Source: Planctomycetota bacterium (lineage in GTDB: Bacteria; Planctomycetota; UBA11346). Taken from it: a stretch of 64,000 nt of DNA. Below the pieces are notes generated by a model that saw only the letters and a list, made by a program, of their open reading frames with translations, ran no database searches and was not told the DNA's origin. The position numbers and the translations under genes were made by a program. Location of the stretch: NCBI GenBank assembly GCA_022841245.1, contig JALHRW010000002.1:3362-67361 (forward strand), given 5' to 3'. Below are positions 35,008-44,419 of this stretch, piece by piece (position 1 is the first letter of the stretch; each line of letters opens with the position of its first letter).

Positions 35008-36486
35008 CTAGGGTTTCGCTGTGGTGATGACGTGGCCCTTGCCGGGCACCGGCTTCACCAGGCTGCCGTCGGGCTTGAGATTGCCCTCGCGGGCATCGAA
35101 CAGCAGGTTGCCGGAGGCTACGATCGCCGAGGCCGGCCCAGTGACGCCGATGTTGTCGACCACGGCGTTCTTGGCGTCCGGCTTGCGGGGTTGGCCGACC
35201 AGCACGTTGTCGCGGAAGGACATGGCCGGGTAGTCCGGCGAGTAATGGAAGAGGTGGATGCGTCCGATGATCGTGTTGCGGTAGATGTAGGACGGAAGTT
35301 CGACCGGAGCCCCGGATTGGTGGATCGTCAGAGCATAGGCATCCGGACCATCGCCGGCCTCGATCAGATTGTAGGCCACTTCCATCTCGCCATAGGGGTT
35401 CGACGACTTCTCGTGGTGGGCGTAGTACAGCCAGACATTCTGCACCGCGTTGCGGGCGAAGCGGTTCTCCCGGATCACCCAGCGCTGGCAGTCCACCTTG
35501 GGGCCGACCGGCAGCGAACTGGTCCCGGTCGGATCATCCATCTCGGTGAAGCTGGAGCGGCCGACCAGCAGCTTCTCGACCGCATAGCCGATGATGCCGT
35601 AGCCGTGATGGACGCGGGTGAAATCGCAGTCGAGAATCGCCCAGCGTTTTCCGTCGCCGCCATTGCAGGCCATGATGCACGACTGGTTGTCCGAACCGGT
35701 GCTCGCGGCGAAGTCGCTGAAGCGGGTGCGCCAGAAGGTGACGTCCGACGAGCTGCCGGTGAGGCGGAAGCCGAACTTCGCGGTCATCGGGCCGACGTCG
35801 AAGCCGTCGAGGTAGAAGTTGTCGAGCGTGCTGTCGGCGAAGAGGAAGCTGCCAGTCAGGTCGAGCTTCGGCCGCGTCCCCGGATAGGCGAGGAACACCA
35901 CCGGTTGGCGCTGCGTCCACTGCACATCGCCGCCGTTGGGCGTCCACCCGTCCAGCAGGTAGGTGCCCTCCTTGACGTAGACGAAGCGATCCTTGTGCGC
36001 TTCGGAGTATTTGCCTTCGCGCGCCTTGGCGCCGTAGACCTGCAGCATGGTCTTGAACGGGGCTTCGCGCGTGCCCGTGCCGCCCTCGGCCGCGGCGGCA
36101 TCGACGAACAGCCAGCCCTCGCTGGTCACCGTGATCGGCCAGCGCACCTGCTGCACGGCCTGCGCCGCATCGGTCACGGTCAGCGTCACCTCGACCTTCC
36201 CCTCGGCGGGGCTCGGCCAGGTGATGACGCCGGTCGCGGCATCGATGGTCATGCCGGCCGGCGCCGCGGTCAGGGCGTAGCGATAGGGGAAGACCCCGCC
36301 GATCGCCGACACCGGGACGCTGTATTCCAGGCCTGGGTAGGCGCGATAGAAGCGGTTGCGCGTGTCGAGGCCGGCGTGCGGCTGGATGATCTCCAGCGCG
36401 AACGGGGTGTAGGCGACGACGCCTTCGGCCGCCTGGATGGCGGCGGCGAGCATGAGCATGGGCAGCAGCAGGCGGTATGGGGTCAT
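35008..36486 (-). CDS. secreted Ig-like plus beta-helix protein (family A-like, tandem array member 4)
   Basis: Within ORF 35008..38049. ATG at 36486 (ATGA overlap) gives the signal peptide MTPYRLLLPMLMLAAAIQA. The Ig-like segment is YPGLEYSVPVSAIGGVFPYRYALTAAPAGMTIDAATGVITW. It is followed by WLFVDAAAAEGGTGTREAPFKTM. Confidence 0.7.
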   Translation of the reverse strand: MTPYRLLLPMLMLAAAIQAAEGVVAYTPFALEIIQPHAGLDTRNRFYRAYPGLEYSVPVSAIGGVFPYRYALTAAPAGMTIDAATGVITWPSPAEGKVEVTLTVTDAAQAVQQVRWPITVTSEGWLFVDAAAAEGGTGTREAPFKTMLQVYGAKAREGKYSEAHKDRFVYVKEGTYLLDGWTPNGGDVQWTQRQPVVFLAYPGTRPKLDLTGSFLFADSTLDNFYLDGFDVGPMTAKFGFRLTGSSSDVTFWRTRFSDFAASTGSDNQSCIMACNGGDGKRWAILDCDFTRVHHGYGIIGYAVEKLLVGRSSFTEMDDPTGTSSLPVGPKVDCQRWVIRENRFARNAVQNVWLYYAHHEKSSNPYGEMEVAYNLIEAGDGPDAYALTIHQSGAPVELPSYIYRNTIIGRIHLFHYSPDYPAMSFRDNVLVGQPRKPDAKNAVVDNIGVTGPASAIVASGNLLFDAREGNLKPDGSLVKPVPGKGHVITTAKP

Positions 36487-37994
36487 TTGCGTCGTCCGTC
36501 GTAGATGTGGTATCCGCGCTGGCCGCGGAACCGCTCCAGCGCAGCGCCTGTCAGTTTTCCGGCCTGATCGACGATGCCGTCCTTGCCATGGCACTCGCCG
36601 TCCCGCACCGCGAAGCCGGCGGAATCGTTGGCCAGTCCGCCTTGCGGGTTCTGCATGACGTTGGCGACGAAGTCGACGTGATTGGACTTCTTCCAATCCT
36701 TGGCCACCACGGCAGCGCCGATGTAGGTGTTGCGATAATCGTGGCACGCTTTGGTCGCGGCGGTGGCCGAGGCGTTCCAGAACGCCGCCGCTCCATCCGC
36801 CCTGGCACGGACGAAGTTGTAGCGGATCTCGCCCGAGGCGGTCCCGTTCTCCACATTGTTGGACGCATCGAGAACCCCGTACGGCGGAGCCCCGGTTCCT
36901 GGATTGTCGAAGCGATGGCGGCGCAGGTCGAAGTCGCAAACCGCCTTCGGGAACCAGACCGGCTCGACGATCTTCGCCTCGGTGGTGGTAAAGACGTCGC
37001 GCTCGGAGAGCAGCGGACCGACGGCATAGAAGACGAACGCGGCGATGTCGACGCAGCCCTCGAAAGTGTTCTCGGCCAGCATCACATGCTTGCGCTTGAC
37101 GCTGCCCTCGGTGCGGGCGCAGAACCAGATGGACTCGTTGTTGTTGACCTTGGGATCGCCGGCGCAGTCGACGAAGCTGTTGCGCCACACGGACAGGCGC
37201 TCGACGTGGTTGTAGGTGGAGATGATGCCGGCATTGCTGATGCGGAAGCCGCGCAGGCGCAGACCGGTCAGCATGATGTCGTTGCTGTTGGCGAGGAATC
37301 GCACCCCGGGCGCCTGGGCGACGATCTCCGGCCGGTCGCCCGGATAGGCCATGATCGAGACCGGCTTGCCCCAGGCCGCCACCAGATGGAAGGCTGTGGT
37401 CAGCGGGTAGCTGCCGGTGGCGAGCACCACCACCTTGCCCTTGGCCGGGCTGGGATCCTTGTCCGAGGCCCCATACACGCCGCTGAAGGCCGCCTGGTCG
37501 GCACGGCTCGATCCATCCCCCTTCCCGGTCGCGACCGGGGCGACGAAATAGTGGTGCTGCTCGTCCACCACCAGGGTCCAGGTGCAGTCGACCGTCTTCC
37601 CCTCCTGATCGGTGATGCGCACCGCGATGGGATGCGTCCCAGCCGATGGCTTCAGCCAGGTGAGCGTGCAGTACGCCGCGTCCTCGGTCAGTTCCCCATC
37701 CGGCTGCTTCGCCAGCCACGAGCCGATGGTCATGCCGGCCGGCCCGGTGACGATCTGGGCGTGGTAGGGATAGGCGCCGAAGGCGGCCCGCACCGGGCAA
37801 TCCCAGCGCATGCCGGGATGGGCGACGCGGTGGTAGGCCTCGGGCGACGTCTCGCTGTCCGGTCGCGGATGGATGGCGGTGAGCGGGAAGCGCGCCGGTT
37901 CGAAATGGCCGGCAGGCAGGCGCCAGTCCTCGGCACCCCAGACGGCGCTGACCAGCAGGACGAGGAGCGTCAGGGGCAGGCGATGATGGTTCAT
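36483..37994 (-). CDS. secreted Ig-like plus beta-helix protein (family B, tandem array member 3)
   Basis: Within ORF 36483..38447. ATG at 37994 (ATGA overlap) gives MNHHRLPLTLLVLLVSAVWGAEDWRLPAGHFEPARF. HHYFVAPVATGKGDGSS marks beta-helix entry. It is a close paralog of 39496..40995. Confidence 0.7.
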   Translation of the reverse strand: MNHHRLPLTLLVLLVSAVWGAEDWRLPAGHFEPARFPLTAIHPRPDSETSPEAYHRVAHPGMRWDCPVRAAFGAYPYHAQIVTGPAGMTIGSWLAKQPDGELTEDAAYCTLTWLKPSAGTHPIAVRITDQEGKTVDCTWTLVVDEQHHYFVAPVATGKGDGSSRADQAAFSGVYGASDKDPSPAKGKVVVLATGSYPLTTAFHLVAAWGKPVSIMAYPGDRPEIVAQAPGVRFLANSNDIMLTGLRLRGFRISNAGIISTYNHVERLSVWRNSFVDCAGDPKVNNNESIWFCARTEGSVKRKHVMLAENTFEGCVDIAAFVFYAVGPLLSERDVFTTTEAKIVEPVWFPKAVCDFDLRRHRFDNPGTGAPPYGVLDASNNVENGTASGEIRYNFVRARADGAAAFWNASATAATKACHDYRNTYIGAAVVAKDWKKSNHVDFVANVMQNPQGGLANDSAGFAVRDGECHGKDGIVDQAGKLTGAALERFRGQRGYHIYDGRRK

Positions 37995-39499
37995 GGGGCG
38001 ATCTCGAAGCCGACCGAGCCGACCCGCGTGCGGTCGACCAGCGTTCCATCCGCCGTGACCACGCCGTCCTTCGGCGCGGCCAGCAGGTTCGGCACCACCG
38101 TCTTCATGCCGGCCACGTCCCAGTGCTTCGCCTGGGCGGTGACCACCACGTTGCCATCGGTCTCGTACGGGATGCGGCCGGGGAAGCGGACGCTGGCGAA
38201 GCCGTTGACGAAGGTGTTGCGGTAGATGAACGAGTTGTAGTGCTGGCCCTTGAAGTGGTCGCTGCCGCAGAACTGCATCGCCGGCCCGTCGGTGCCGCTG
38301 ACCACCACGCGGTTCCAGCAGATCTCGTGATCGTGCGGCAAACCGCCGCCGGCCACGCCATAACCGATCGTGACCTGCCTGCCGCCCACCCGCTCGAAGG
38401 CCTGGTTGGCGCGGATGGTGCTGAAGCCGATGCTGCACTTCAGCCACAGGCCGTAGTCGGTGACGCTGTCGCGGATGGTGTTCTCCTCGACCAGGATGTG
38501 GTTGGCGCGGTAGATGTCGAAGTAATGGCCGTTGCCCTTGCTGTTGCGGATGCCGCTCAGCAGGTTGCCCTTGTAGAGGATGTTCTCCTTGACCGTCTCG
38601 CTGCGCGAGATGAACACCGGTCCGGTGTTGTCGTCGCCGGCGGTGCCCGGTCCCATGTCCGTGAAATGGTTGCGCCAGAAGGTGCAGCGGCTGACCTCGC
38701 CGGTCAGCCAGAAGTAGTGGGCGTTGGCGACATCCTGGCGCGCATTGCGCCAGGTGATGCCGGCGACGAAGATGTCCTGCAGATCGCCGACCATCACCTT
38801 CGAGCGCGAGGCGTCGACCACCGGCACCTCGCCGGGGAAGCCGATCAGGCTGGGGGTCTTGGTCTCGGGCTTCAGCCGCAGGTTGCCCTTCTCCGCCGGG
38901 TTGCCGATCTGCTCGTAGGACCCGCCGCGCAGGACGACGATGCGGTTGCGGAAGGTCGCGTCGTCGACGCTATCCTTGTACCACTCGGCCAGGCTGGCCA
39001 GCGGGGCGTCGATGGTGCCGGTGCGCTCGCCGGTCCAGCCGCTCTTGATGAAGAGGAACGGGGCCGCATCCACCGTCACGCGCCAGACGGCCTCGACGGT
39101 GTGCAGCTCCTGATCGGTGATGCGCACGGTGAAGGTCACCGGATCGGCGGCAGCAGGCGTCCAGCTGACCACGCCGTAATCCGCCTCGCCGGGCAACGCA
39201 CCGATGCGCGCGCCGGCCGGGGCGCCGACCAGTTCATAGCGGAAGGGCCAGGCCCCGCCCTGCACGCCGATCGGGATCTCGTAGCGCATGCCTGGATGGG
39301 CCCAGCGGTGGCGGGCTTGCGTCTGCGTCTCGGCATCAGGCCGCGGAAAGACCAGATGCATGGGCAAGCGCGCCGGGATGAAGCGCCCGGCCGGCAACGG
39401 GAACTCCATGGCCGCAAGCGGCAGGACGGACAGCAGCAGGAGGAAGCAGGCGGGGAGCATGGACATGTGGGACATTCCGCGTGATGACACGTGATTCAT
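37991..39499 (-). CDS. secreted Ig-like plus beta-helix protein (divergent family B, tandem array member 2)
   Basis: Within ORF 37991..39598. ATG at 39499 (ATGA overlap). The signal region is MSMLPACFLLLLSVLPLAA. FPLPAGRFIPARLP parallels the family B N-terminus. Repetitive N-rich turns are typical of parallel beta-helices. Confidence 0.65.
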   Translation of the reverse strand: MNHVSSRGMSHMSMLPACFLLLLSVLPLAAMEFPLPAGRFIPARLPMHLVFPRPDAETQTQARHRWAHPGMRYEIPIGVQGGAWPFRYELVGAPAGARIGALPGEADYGVVSWTPAAADPVTFTVRITDQELHTVEAVWRVTVDAAPFLFIKSGWTGERTGTIDAPLASLAEWYKDSVDDATFRNRIVVLRGGSYEQIGNPAEKGNLRLKPETKTPSLIGFPGEVPVVDASRSKVMVGDLQDIFVAGITWRNARQDVANAHYFWLTGEVSRCTFWRNHFTDMGPGTAGDDNTGPVFISRSETVKENILYKGNLLSGIRNSKGNGHYFDIYRANHILVEENTIRDSVTDYGLWLKCSIGFSTIRANQAFERVGGRQVTIGYGVAGGGLPHDHEICWNRVVVSGTDGPAMQFCGSDHFKGQHYNSFIYRNTFVNGFASVRFPGRIPYETDGNVVVTAQAKHWDVAGMKTVVPNLLAAPKDGVVTADGTLVDRTRVGSVGFEIAP

Positions 39500-40995
39500 G
39501 GGGCGGCGATCTCGCAGCCGCGGCGCCCGAGGAAGCGGCGGCGCAGGTCGCCGGCGAGCCGGCCCTGGGCGTCGACGATGCCGGTCTTGCCATGGCATTC
39601 GTCGGCGGTGACGGTGCAGGCCGCGGCGCTGCGCGGGGAGATGCCGCCGTCGGCGTTCTCGATGACGTTGCCGGCGAAGGCGACGCGAGCCCGCTTGGTG
39701 TGATCGAGGGCCATCACCTTGGCGCCGAGGTAGGTGTTGCGGTAGTCATGGCAGTCGGTGGCGATGGCGGTGGTGGCGTTGTTCCATTTCGCGGTGGCAC
39801 CTTCACCCGGGGCGGTACGCACGAAGTTCCAGCGGATCTCGCCGCTGCTCAGCGGCTGGTCGCCGGAGGTATTGGCGTTGTAGCCGGCCATCACCCCGGA
39901 GCCGGGCGCGACGGTGGCAGAGATGTCACAGACGTGGCGGCGGATGTCGTAGTCGCACATCGACTTGGGGAACCACAGCGGCTCGCTGAGACTGCTCTGG
40001 GTGGTGGTGAACACATCGCGCTCGGAGAGCAGCGGCCCGACCGTATAGAAGTCGAAGATGGCGACATCACGGCAGTCGTGGTAGCGATTCTCGGCCATCA
40101 GCAGGTGGCGGCGCTTCCCCTTGTCCAGACGGCTGCAGTACCAGACCGACTCGTTGTCGCTGATCTTCGGATCGCCGAACAGGCCGGTGAAGGCATTACG
40201 CCACACCGTCAGCCGATGCACGGTGTCGAAGGTGAATATGCAGCCTTTGGGACCGAAGTTCCGCAGATGCAGACCGGCGAGGAAGCCGTCGTCTGACTTG
40301 AAGGCGAATCGCGCCTCGGGCGTGGTGGCGGTTATTTCCGGGGTCTCGCCGGGCATCGCCACGACGGCGGTCGGCTTGCAGCGTGCATCCAGGCGGAATG
40401 CCTGCGCCAGGGTGTAGGCGCCGCCAGCCAGCATCAGCACCTTGCCACAGGCTGGGCTGACCGCCTCATGCGAGTCGCCATACACCGTAGCGAAGGCGGC
40501 GCGGTCCGCTGGGCTTGAGCCGTCGCCCTTCCCAGCCGCCTCCGGACCGGCGAAGTAGTGGTGCAGCGCATCGACGGTCAGCGTCCAGACGCACTCCACC
40601 GATGCACCCTGCTGGTCGGTGATGGTCACGGCGATGCGATGCGTCCCAGCCACCGGGGCTGGCCAGCTCAGAGTGCCATACGCCGGGGTCTCCCGCAGGG
40701 TGCCATCCGGCTGCCGTTCCAGCCAGGCGCCGATGGTCATGCCCTGCGGAGCAGTGGTCAGGCGGTAGTGGTACGGGTAGGAGCCGAATGCCGCGCGCAC
40801 CGGGCAGTCCCAGCGCAGTCCGGGGTGAGCGACGCGGTGGTAGGCCGTCGGGGCGGTCTCGGTCTCGGGCCGAGGGTGGATGGCGGTCAGGGCGAATCGC
40901 GCCGGCTCGAAATGGCCGGCAGGCAGGCGCCAATCCTCCTGGGCAGTGAGCTGCAGGGCGGCCAGCAGCAGGACGCAGGCAGGCAGGTGGCGCAT
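39496..40995 (-). CDS. secreted Ig-like plus beta-helix protein (family B, tandem array member 1)
   Basis: Within ORF 39496..41034. ATG at 40995 gives MRHLPACVLLLAALQLTAQEDWRLPAGHFEPARF. It aligns along its whole length with 36483..37994, including the C-terminal ECHGK(T/D)GIVD motif. Confidence 0.7.
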   Translation of the reverse strand: MRHLPACVLLLAALQLTAQEDWRLPAGHFEPARFALTAIHPRPETETAPTAYHRVAHPGLRWDCPVRAAFGSYPYHYRLTTAPQGMTIGAWLERQPDGTLRETPAYGTLSWPAPVAGTHRIAVTITDQQGASVECVWTLTVDALHHYFAGPEAAGKGDGSSPADRAAFATVYGDSHEAVSPACGKVLMLAGGAYTLAQAFRLDARCKPTAVVAMPGETPEITATTPEARFAFKSDDGFLAGLHLRNFGPKGCIFTFDTVHRLTVWRNAFTGLFGDPKISDNESVWYCSRLDKGKRRHLLMAENRYHDCRDVAIFDFYTVGPLLSERDVFTTTQSSLSEPLWFPKSMCDYDIRRHVCDISATVAPGSGVMAGYNANTSGDQPLSSGEIRWNFVRTAPGEGATAKWNNATTAIATDCHDYRNTYLGAKVMALDHTKRARVAFAGNVIENADGGISPRSAAACTVTADECHGKTGIVDAQGRLAGDLRRRFLGRRGCEIAAP

Positions 40996-41011
40996 GAGGG
41001 TCCTGGATGAT

Positions 41012-43300
41012 TCAGCGTGCAGGTACGCGAGCATCGTAATCGTCGGGGTCCGGCCCCTGCAGCGAGCCGACGCCGAAGCCGTCGCCGTCGCAATCCATCA
41101 CCTCCGGACCCGGCGGATCGGAAACGACGTTCGAGAGCAGGCCGGCCTGTCCCGCCTGGTCGATGGCGCGCACGGCCACGTGCCAGGTCTTACCTTTGGG
41201 CAGCCCCTCGAGGATGATGCGCTCCTCTGTACCGCTCTTCTGCGGCGCAGGCGGATTGGCCAGGCGCGTGGCCGTCTCCCAGGTGGAGACGGTCAGCGGC
41301 CGGTCCGACCAGCGGATGTCGTAGGACGCGGCCTGGCCGTGACGGCCATCCTCGCCCGGGGCGCCGAACGACAGCTCGACGGCATTGTCCGAGCTGCGCT
41401 TGAGGCTGCAGAGGATCTTGCGCGGAGCCAGGGTGTCGCCGCAGGTGAAGGTCGCGTCGGGCGTGACCGTGCGGTTGCCCAGGCCATCGACCGCGGTGAC
41501 CCGCCAGTGGTAGGTCCTGCCGACCTCCAGCTTGCCGAGCTTGATGAACGGATAGCGGCCGTCGCCCTTGGCGCTCTTCCCGTACGCAGTCGTTTCCCCG
41601 AACTCGATCGTGGCCTCGACCTCGGTCGACCAGCGACCGCAATACGACGGTTCCTCGGGCTTGTGGAAACGGGTGCTGTAGATGGCCTGCGCCAGGCACT
41701 GCGGGGGATCGGCGCCGGGGCCCGGCGTGATGCGGAAGGCCACCTGCTTGCTCGCACTCTGCTCCCAATCCTTTTCGCGCCAGACGGTGTGCTCGACCAC
41801 CAGATCGTGCTCGCCGGCGGCCATGTCCCGGCGCAGCATGCCGGTGTTGCTGTGGTGGCCCTGCGTCCGGTTCACCCGGTCATGCAGCACTGCGCCATCG
41901 AGAGTGATGCGCAGGCCGTCGTAGGCTGCGAAGCGGACGACGTGCGGCCCGCCGGCGAAGCGCGCCCGCTTGCTGTAGCGGATCGACAGCGCCTGGGTGG
42001 TGTCCAGTCCGAGCTCGGCGTCGACCCCGGGCCAGGATACCGAACTGAGCGACTCGAATGTGCGCACCATGGCCGGGGCGCCGCTGAAGCCGCGGCCGAG
42101 GAAGATCTCGCCCTTCCACGCCCCGGCTGCGCCAGCGGCATCGACCGCCGCCGCCTTGCCGGGGATGAGATCGGGGTACGAGTCGGCGCGGGCGGCGACG
42201 ACCAGCGGCGACGACTCGAGCCGGCGCCCCTTGGCGTCCTCGACGATGGCGACCAGGGCATAGCGCTTGCCGGGTTTCATCCCGGCGAGGTCGACAGCAT
42301 GGAAATAGCCGGGAGCCTCGACCGTACCGGCAGTGGTGACCGCCGTCTTCCGCCAGTCGGGCCCCTCCTCGCCCCACAGCACGGCGATGCTGCGCGCCGG
42401 CACCGTGCTGTCGAAGCGCAGGGTCAGCGCATCGGGCTTGAGCCCGGTCATGCGCAGGCGCTCGATCTGCGCCCGGTTCGGTCCGAACTCGACGAACTGC
42501 TTCGAGATGATCAGGTTGTCGAGCAGGATCTCGAAGGCCGGGTGCGGCGGAGCGGTGAACGACTCGAAGACGTTGGAGACGGTGTCCTTCGGCACATACT
42601 CCATCGAGTGCCAGTAATTGCTGATCCAGAAGGTGTCGAATGAGGAGATGGTGTCGTGCTTGCAGAAATTCGACAGCACGCCATCGACCCACACCTTCAT
42701 GCGTCCGACCGCCGGATCCTTCTGCGACGGCACGATCATCACCTGGTAGGAGTGCCATTCCCCGCGCCGACCCGGCTCATGACCTTCGAACGAGCGCAGG
42801 ATGCGATGATAGCCGGAGCCGCGCAGGACGGAGAAGCCGTGGGGGTCCCATTCCGGATCGAGCCAGGGACGATGGTCGGTGGCATGATCGACCACCGCCA
42901 TGCCGCCGTCCTTGCCGCCCTTCCCCTTGGTCGCATCGAAGAGATAGTAGCCGTGATCGCCGCGACCGATGTAGAAGTTCGCCGGCACCTGCACCATGTA
43001 ATGGGCGAAGAGCACGCCGTCGTGGCGCGGGAAGCGCACCTCGGGGTATGGCGGCAGGCCGTTGTTCTCGACCAGCACATTGCTGTAGCCGAAGCCCGAT
43101 TTCCAGCCGGCTCCGGCGCGCACTCCGTGCCGGCCGGTGATCGAGAACGGCGGCAGGGCGCCGGTCTGTTCACGCCCGGACTCGAAGTCCTCGCAGTAGA
43201 GGTAGTCGGGGTTGCCCTTGTCCGGCAGGACGGCGGTCTCGCCGGCCCAGGCTCCGGCCCCGGCCAGGGCCAGCGATGCAGCCAGGCGCAGGCCGCTCAT
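41012..43300 (-). CDS. secreted multidomain protein: jelly-roll N-domain, FN3-like modules and a PA14-like module
   Basis: Within ORF 41012..43378. ATG at 43300 (ATGA overlap with the ald stop) gives the signal peptide MSGLRLAASLALAGAGAWA. The middle segment WKGEIFLGRGFSG ... FAAYDGLRITLDGAVLHD is PA14-like. The C-terminal FN3-like repeats include YHWRVTAVDGLGN and WHVAVRAIDQAGQ. Confidence 0.6.
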   Translation of the reverse strand: MSGLRLAASLALAGAGAWAGETAVLPDKGNPDYLYCEDFESGREQTGALPPFSITGRHGVRAGAGWKSGFGYSNVLVENNGLPPYPEVRFPRHDGVLFAHYMVQVPANFYIGRGDHGYYLFDATKGKGGKDGGMAVVDHATDHRPWLDPEWDPHGFSVLRGSGYHRILRSFEGHEPGRRGEWHSYQVMIVPSQKDPAVGRMKVWVDGVLSNFCKHDTISSFDTFWISNYWHSMEYVPKDTVSNVFESFTAPPHPAFEILLDNLIISKQFVEFGPNRAQIERLRMTGLKPDALTLRFDSTVPARSIAVLWGEEGPDWRKTAVTTAGTVEAPGYFHAVDLAGMKPGKRYALVAIVEDAKGRRLESSPLVVAARADSYPDLIPGKAAAVDAAGAAGAWKGEIFLGRGFSGAPAMVRTFESLSSVSWPGVDAELGLDTTQALSIRYSKRARFAGGPHVVRFAAYDGLRITLDGAVLHDRVNRTQGHHSNTGMLRRDMAAGEHDLVVEHTVWREKDWEQSASKQVAFRITPGPGADPPQCLAQAIYSTRFHKPEEPSYCGRWSTEVEATIEFGETTAYGKSAKGDGRYPFIKLGKLEVGRTYHWRVTAVDGLGNRTVTPDATFTCGDTLAPRKILCSLKRSSDNAVELSFGAPGEDGRHGQAASYDIRWSDRPLTVSTWETATRLANPPAPQKSGTEERIILEGLPKGKTWHVAVRAIDQAGQAGLLSNVVSDPPGPEVMDCDGDGFGVGSLQGPDPDDYDARVPAR

Positions 43301-44403
43301 GCCGCCGCCCTCTCGAAGCGTCCCGCCTGCAAGCCGTGCGCCTGCGCCACCGCCGGCAGCACGATCTGGCGCTGCCACACGTTCACGCCCTCGCGCAGGC
43401 CGGGACGGCGGCGGCAGGCTTCGGCCAGCCCGTGGTTGGCGAGCAGCTCGATGTACGGGGCGGTGACATTGCCGAGAGCCTGGGTGGCGGTGCGGGCGTA
43501 GGCGCCGGGCATGTTGGCGACGCAGTAGTGGATGACCCCCTCTTCGACGTAGACCGGATCCTGGTGCGTGGTCGGGCGCGAGGTCTCCAGGCAGCCGCCC
43601 TGGTCGATGGCGATGTCGACCGCCACCGAACCGGGCCGCATCAGGCGCAGCATCTCGCGCGTCACCAGGCGCGGCGCGCGCGCGTTGGGCACCAGCACGG
43701 CGCCGATCAGCAGGTCGACCTGCGGCAGCAGCTGGGTCAGGTGCGCTTCGCTGGAGTACAGCGTGCTGGCCGAGGCGATGGTGATGTCGAGGAAGCGCAT
43801 GCGCTCGACGTCGACCTCCAGGATGGTGACGTCGGCGCCCAGGCCCTGGGCCATGCGCGCGGCGTTGATCCCGGCGGTTCCGCCGCCGAGCACGCAGACC
43901 TTGCCGGGCAGCACGCCGGGCACGCCGCCGAGCAGCACGCCGGTGCCGCCGTTGCTCTTGGCCAGCCAGTGCGCGCCGACCACCACGCTCATGCGCCCGG
44001 CGATCTCGCTCATCGGTTCGAGCAGCGGCAGGCGGCGGTTCTCCACCACCGACTCGTAGGCGATGCCGGTGACGCCGCTGTCGCGCAGGGCGAGGGTCAG
44101 CTCGCGCGCCGCGGCGAGGTGCAGGTAGGTGAAGAGCAGCTGGCCGGGGCGGAACAGCGCCACTTCGGACATCTGCGGCTCCTTGACCTTGACCACCAGG
44201 TCGGCGGCGAAGGCCTCGGCATGGCTGTCGACCAGCCGGGCGCCGGCGCGCAGGTACTCCTCGTCGATGAAGCCGCAGCCGGCGCCGGCCTGCCGCTCGA
44301 CCAGCACCTCGTGGCCCTGGCGGACCAGCTGGTGGGCGATGGCGGGCATCAGGGCGACGCGGTACTCGCCCGCCTTGATCTCCTTGGGGACGCCGATGAT
44401 CAT
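43297..44403 (-). CDS. ald: alanine dehydrogenase
   Basis: Within ORF 43297..44463. ATG at 44403 follows AAGGAG and gives MIIGVPKEIKAGEYRVALMP. NAD-binding loop VLGGGTAGINAA. DIAIDQGGC. Length 368 aa is typical of Ald. Confidence 0.88.
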   Translation of the reverse strand: MIIGVPKEIKAGEYRVALMPAIAHQLVRQGHEVLVERQAGAGCGFIDEEYLRAGARLVDSHAEAFAADLVVKVKEPQMSEVALFRPGQLLFTYLHLAAARELTLALRDSGVTGIAYESVVENRRLPLLEPMSEIAGRMSVVVGAHWLAKSNGGTGVLLGGVPGVLPGKVCVLGGGTAGINAARMAQGLGADVTILEVDVERMRFLDITIASASTLYSSEAHLTQLLPQVDLLIGAVLVPNARAPRLVTREMLRLMRPGSVAVDIAIDQGGCLETSRPTTHQDPVYVEEGVIHYCVANMPGAYARTATQALGNVTAPYIELLANHGLAEACRRRPGLREGVNVWQRQIVLPAVAQAHGLQAGRFERAAA

Positions 44404-44419
44404 GTGGACTCCTTGGGTG

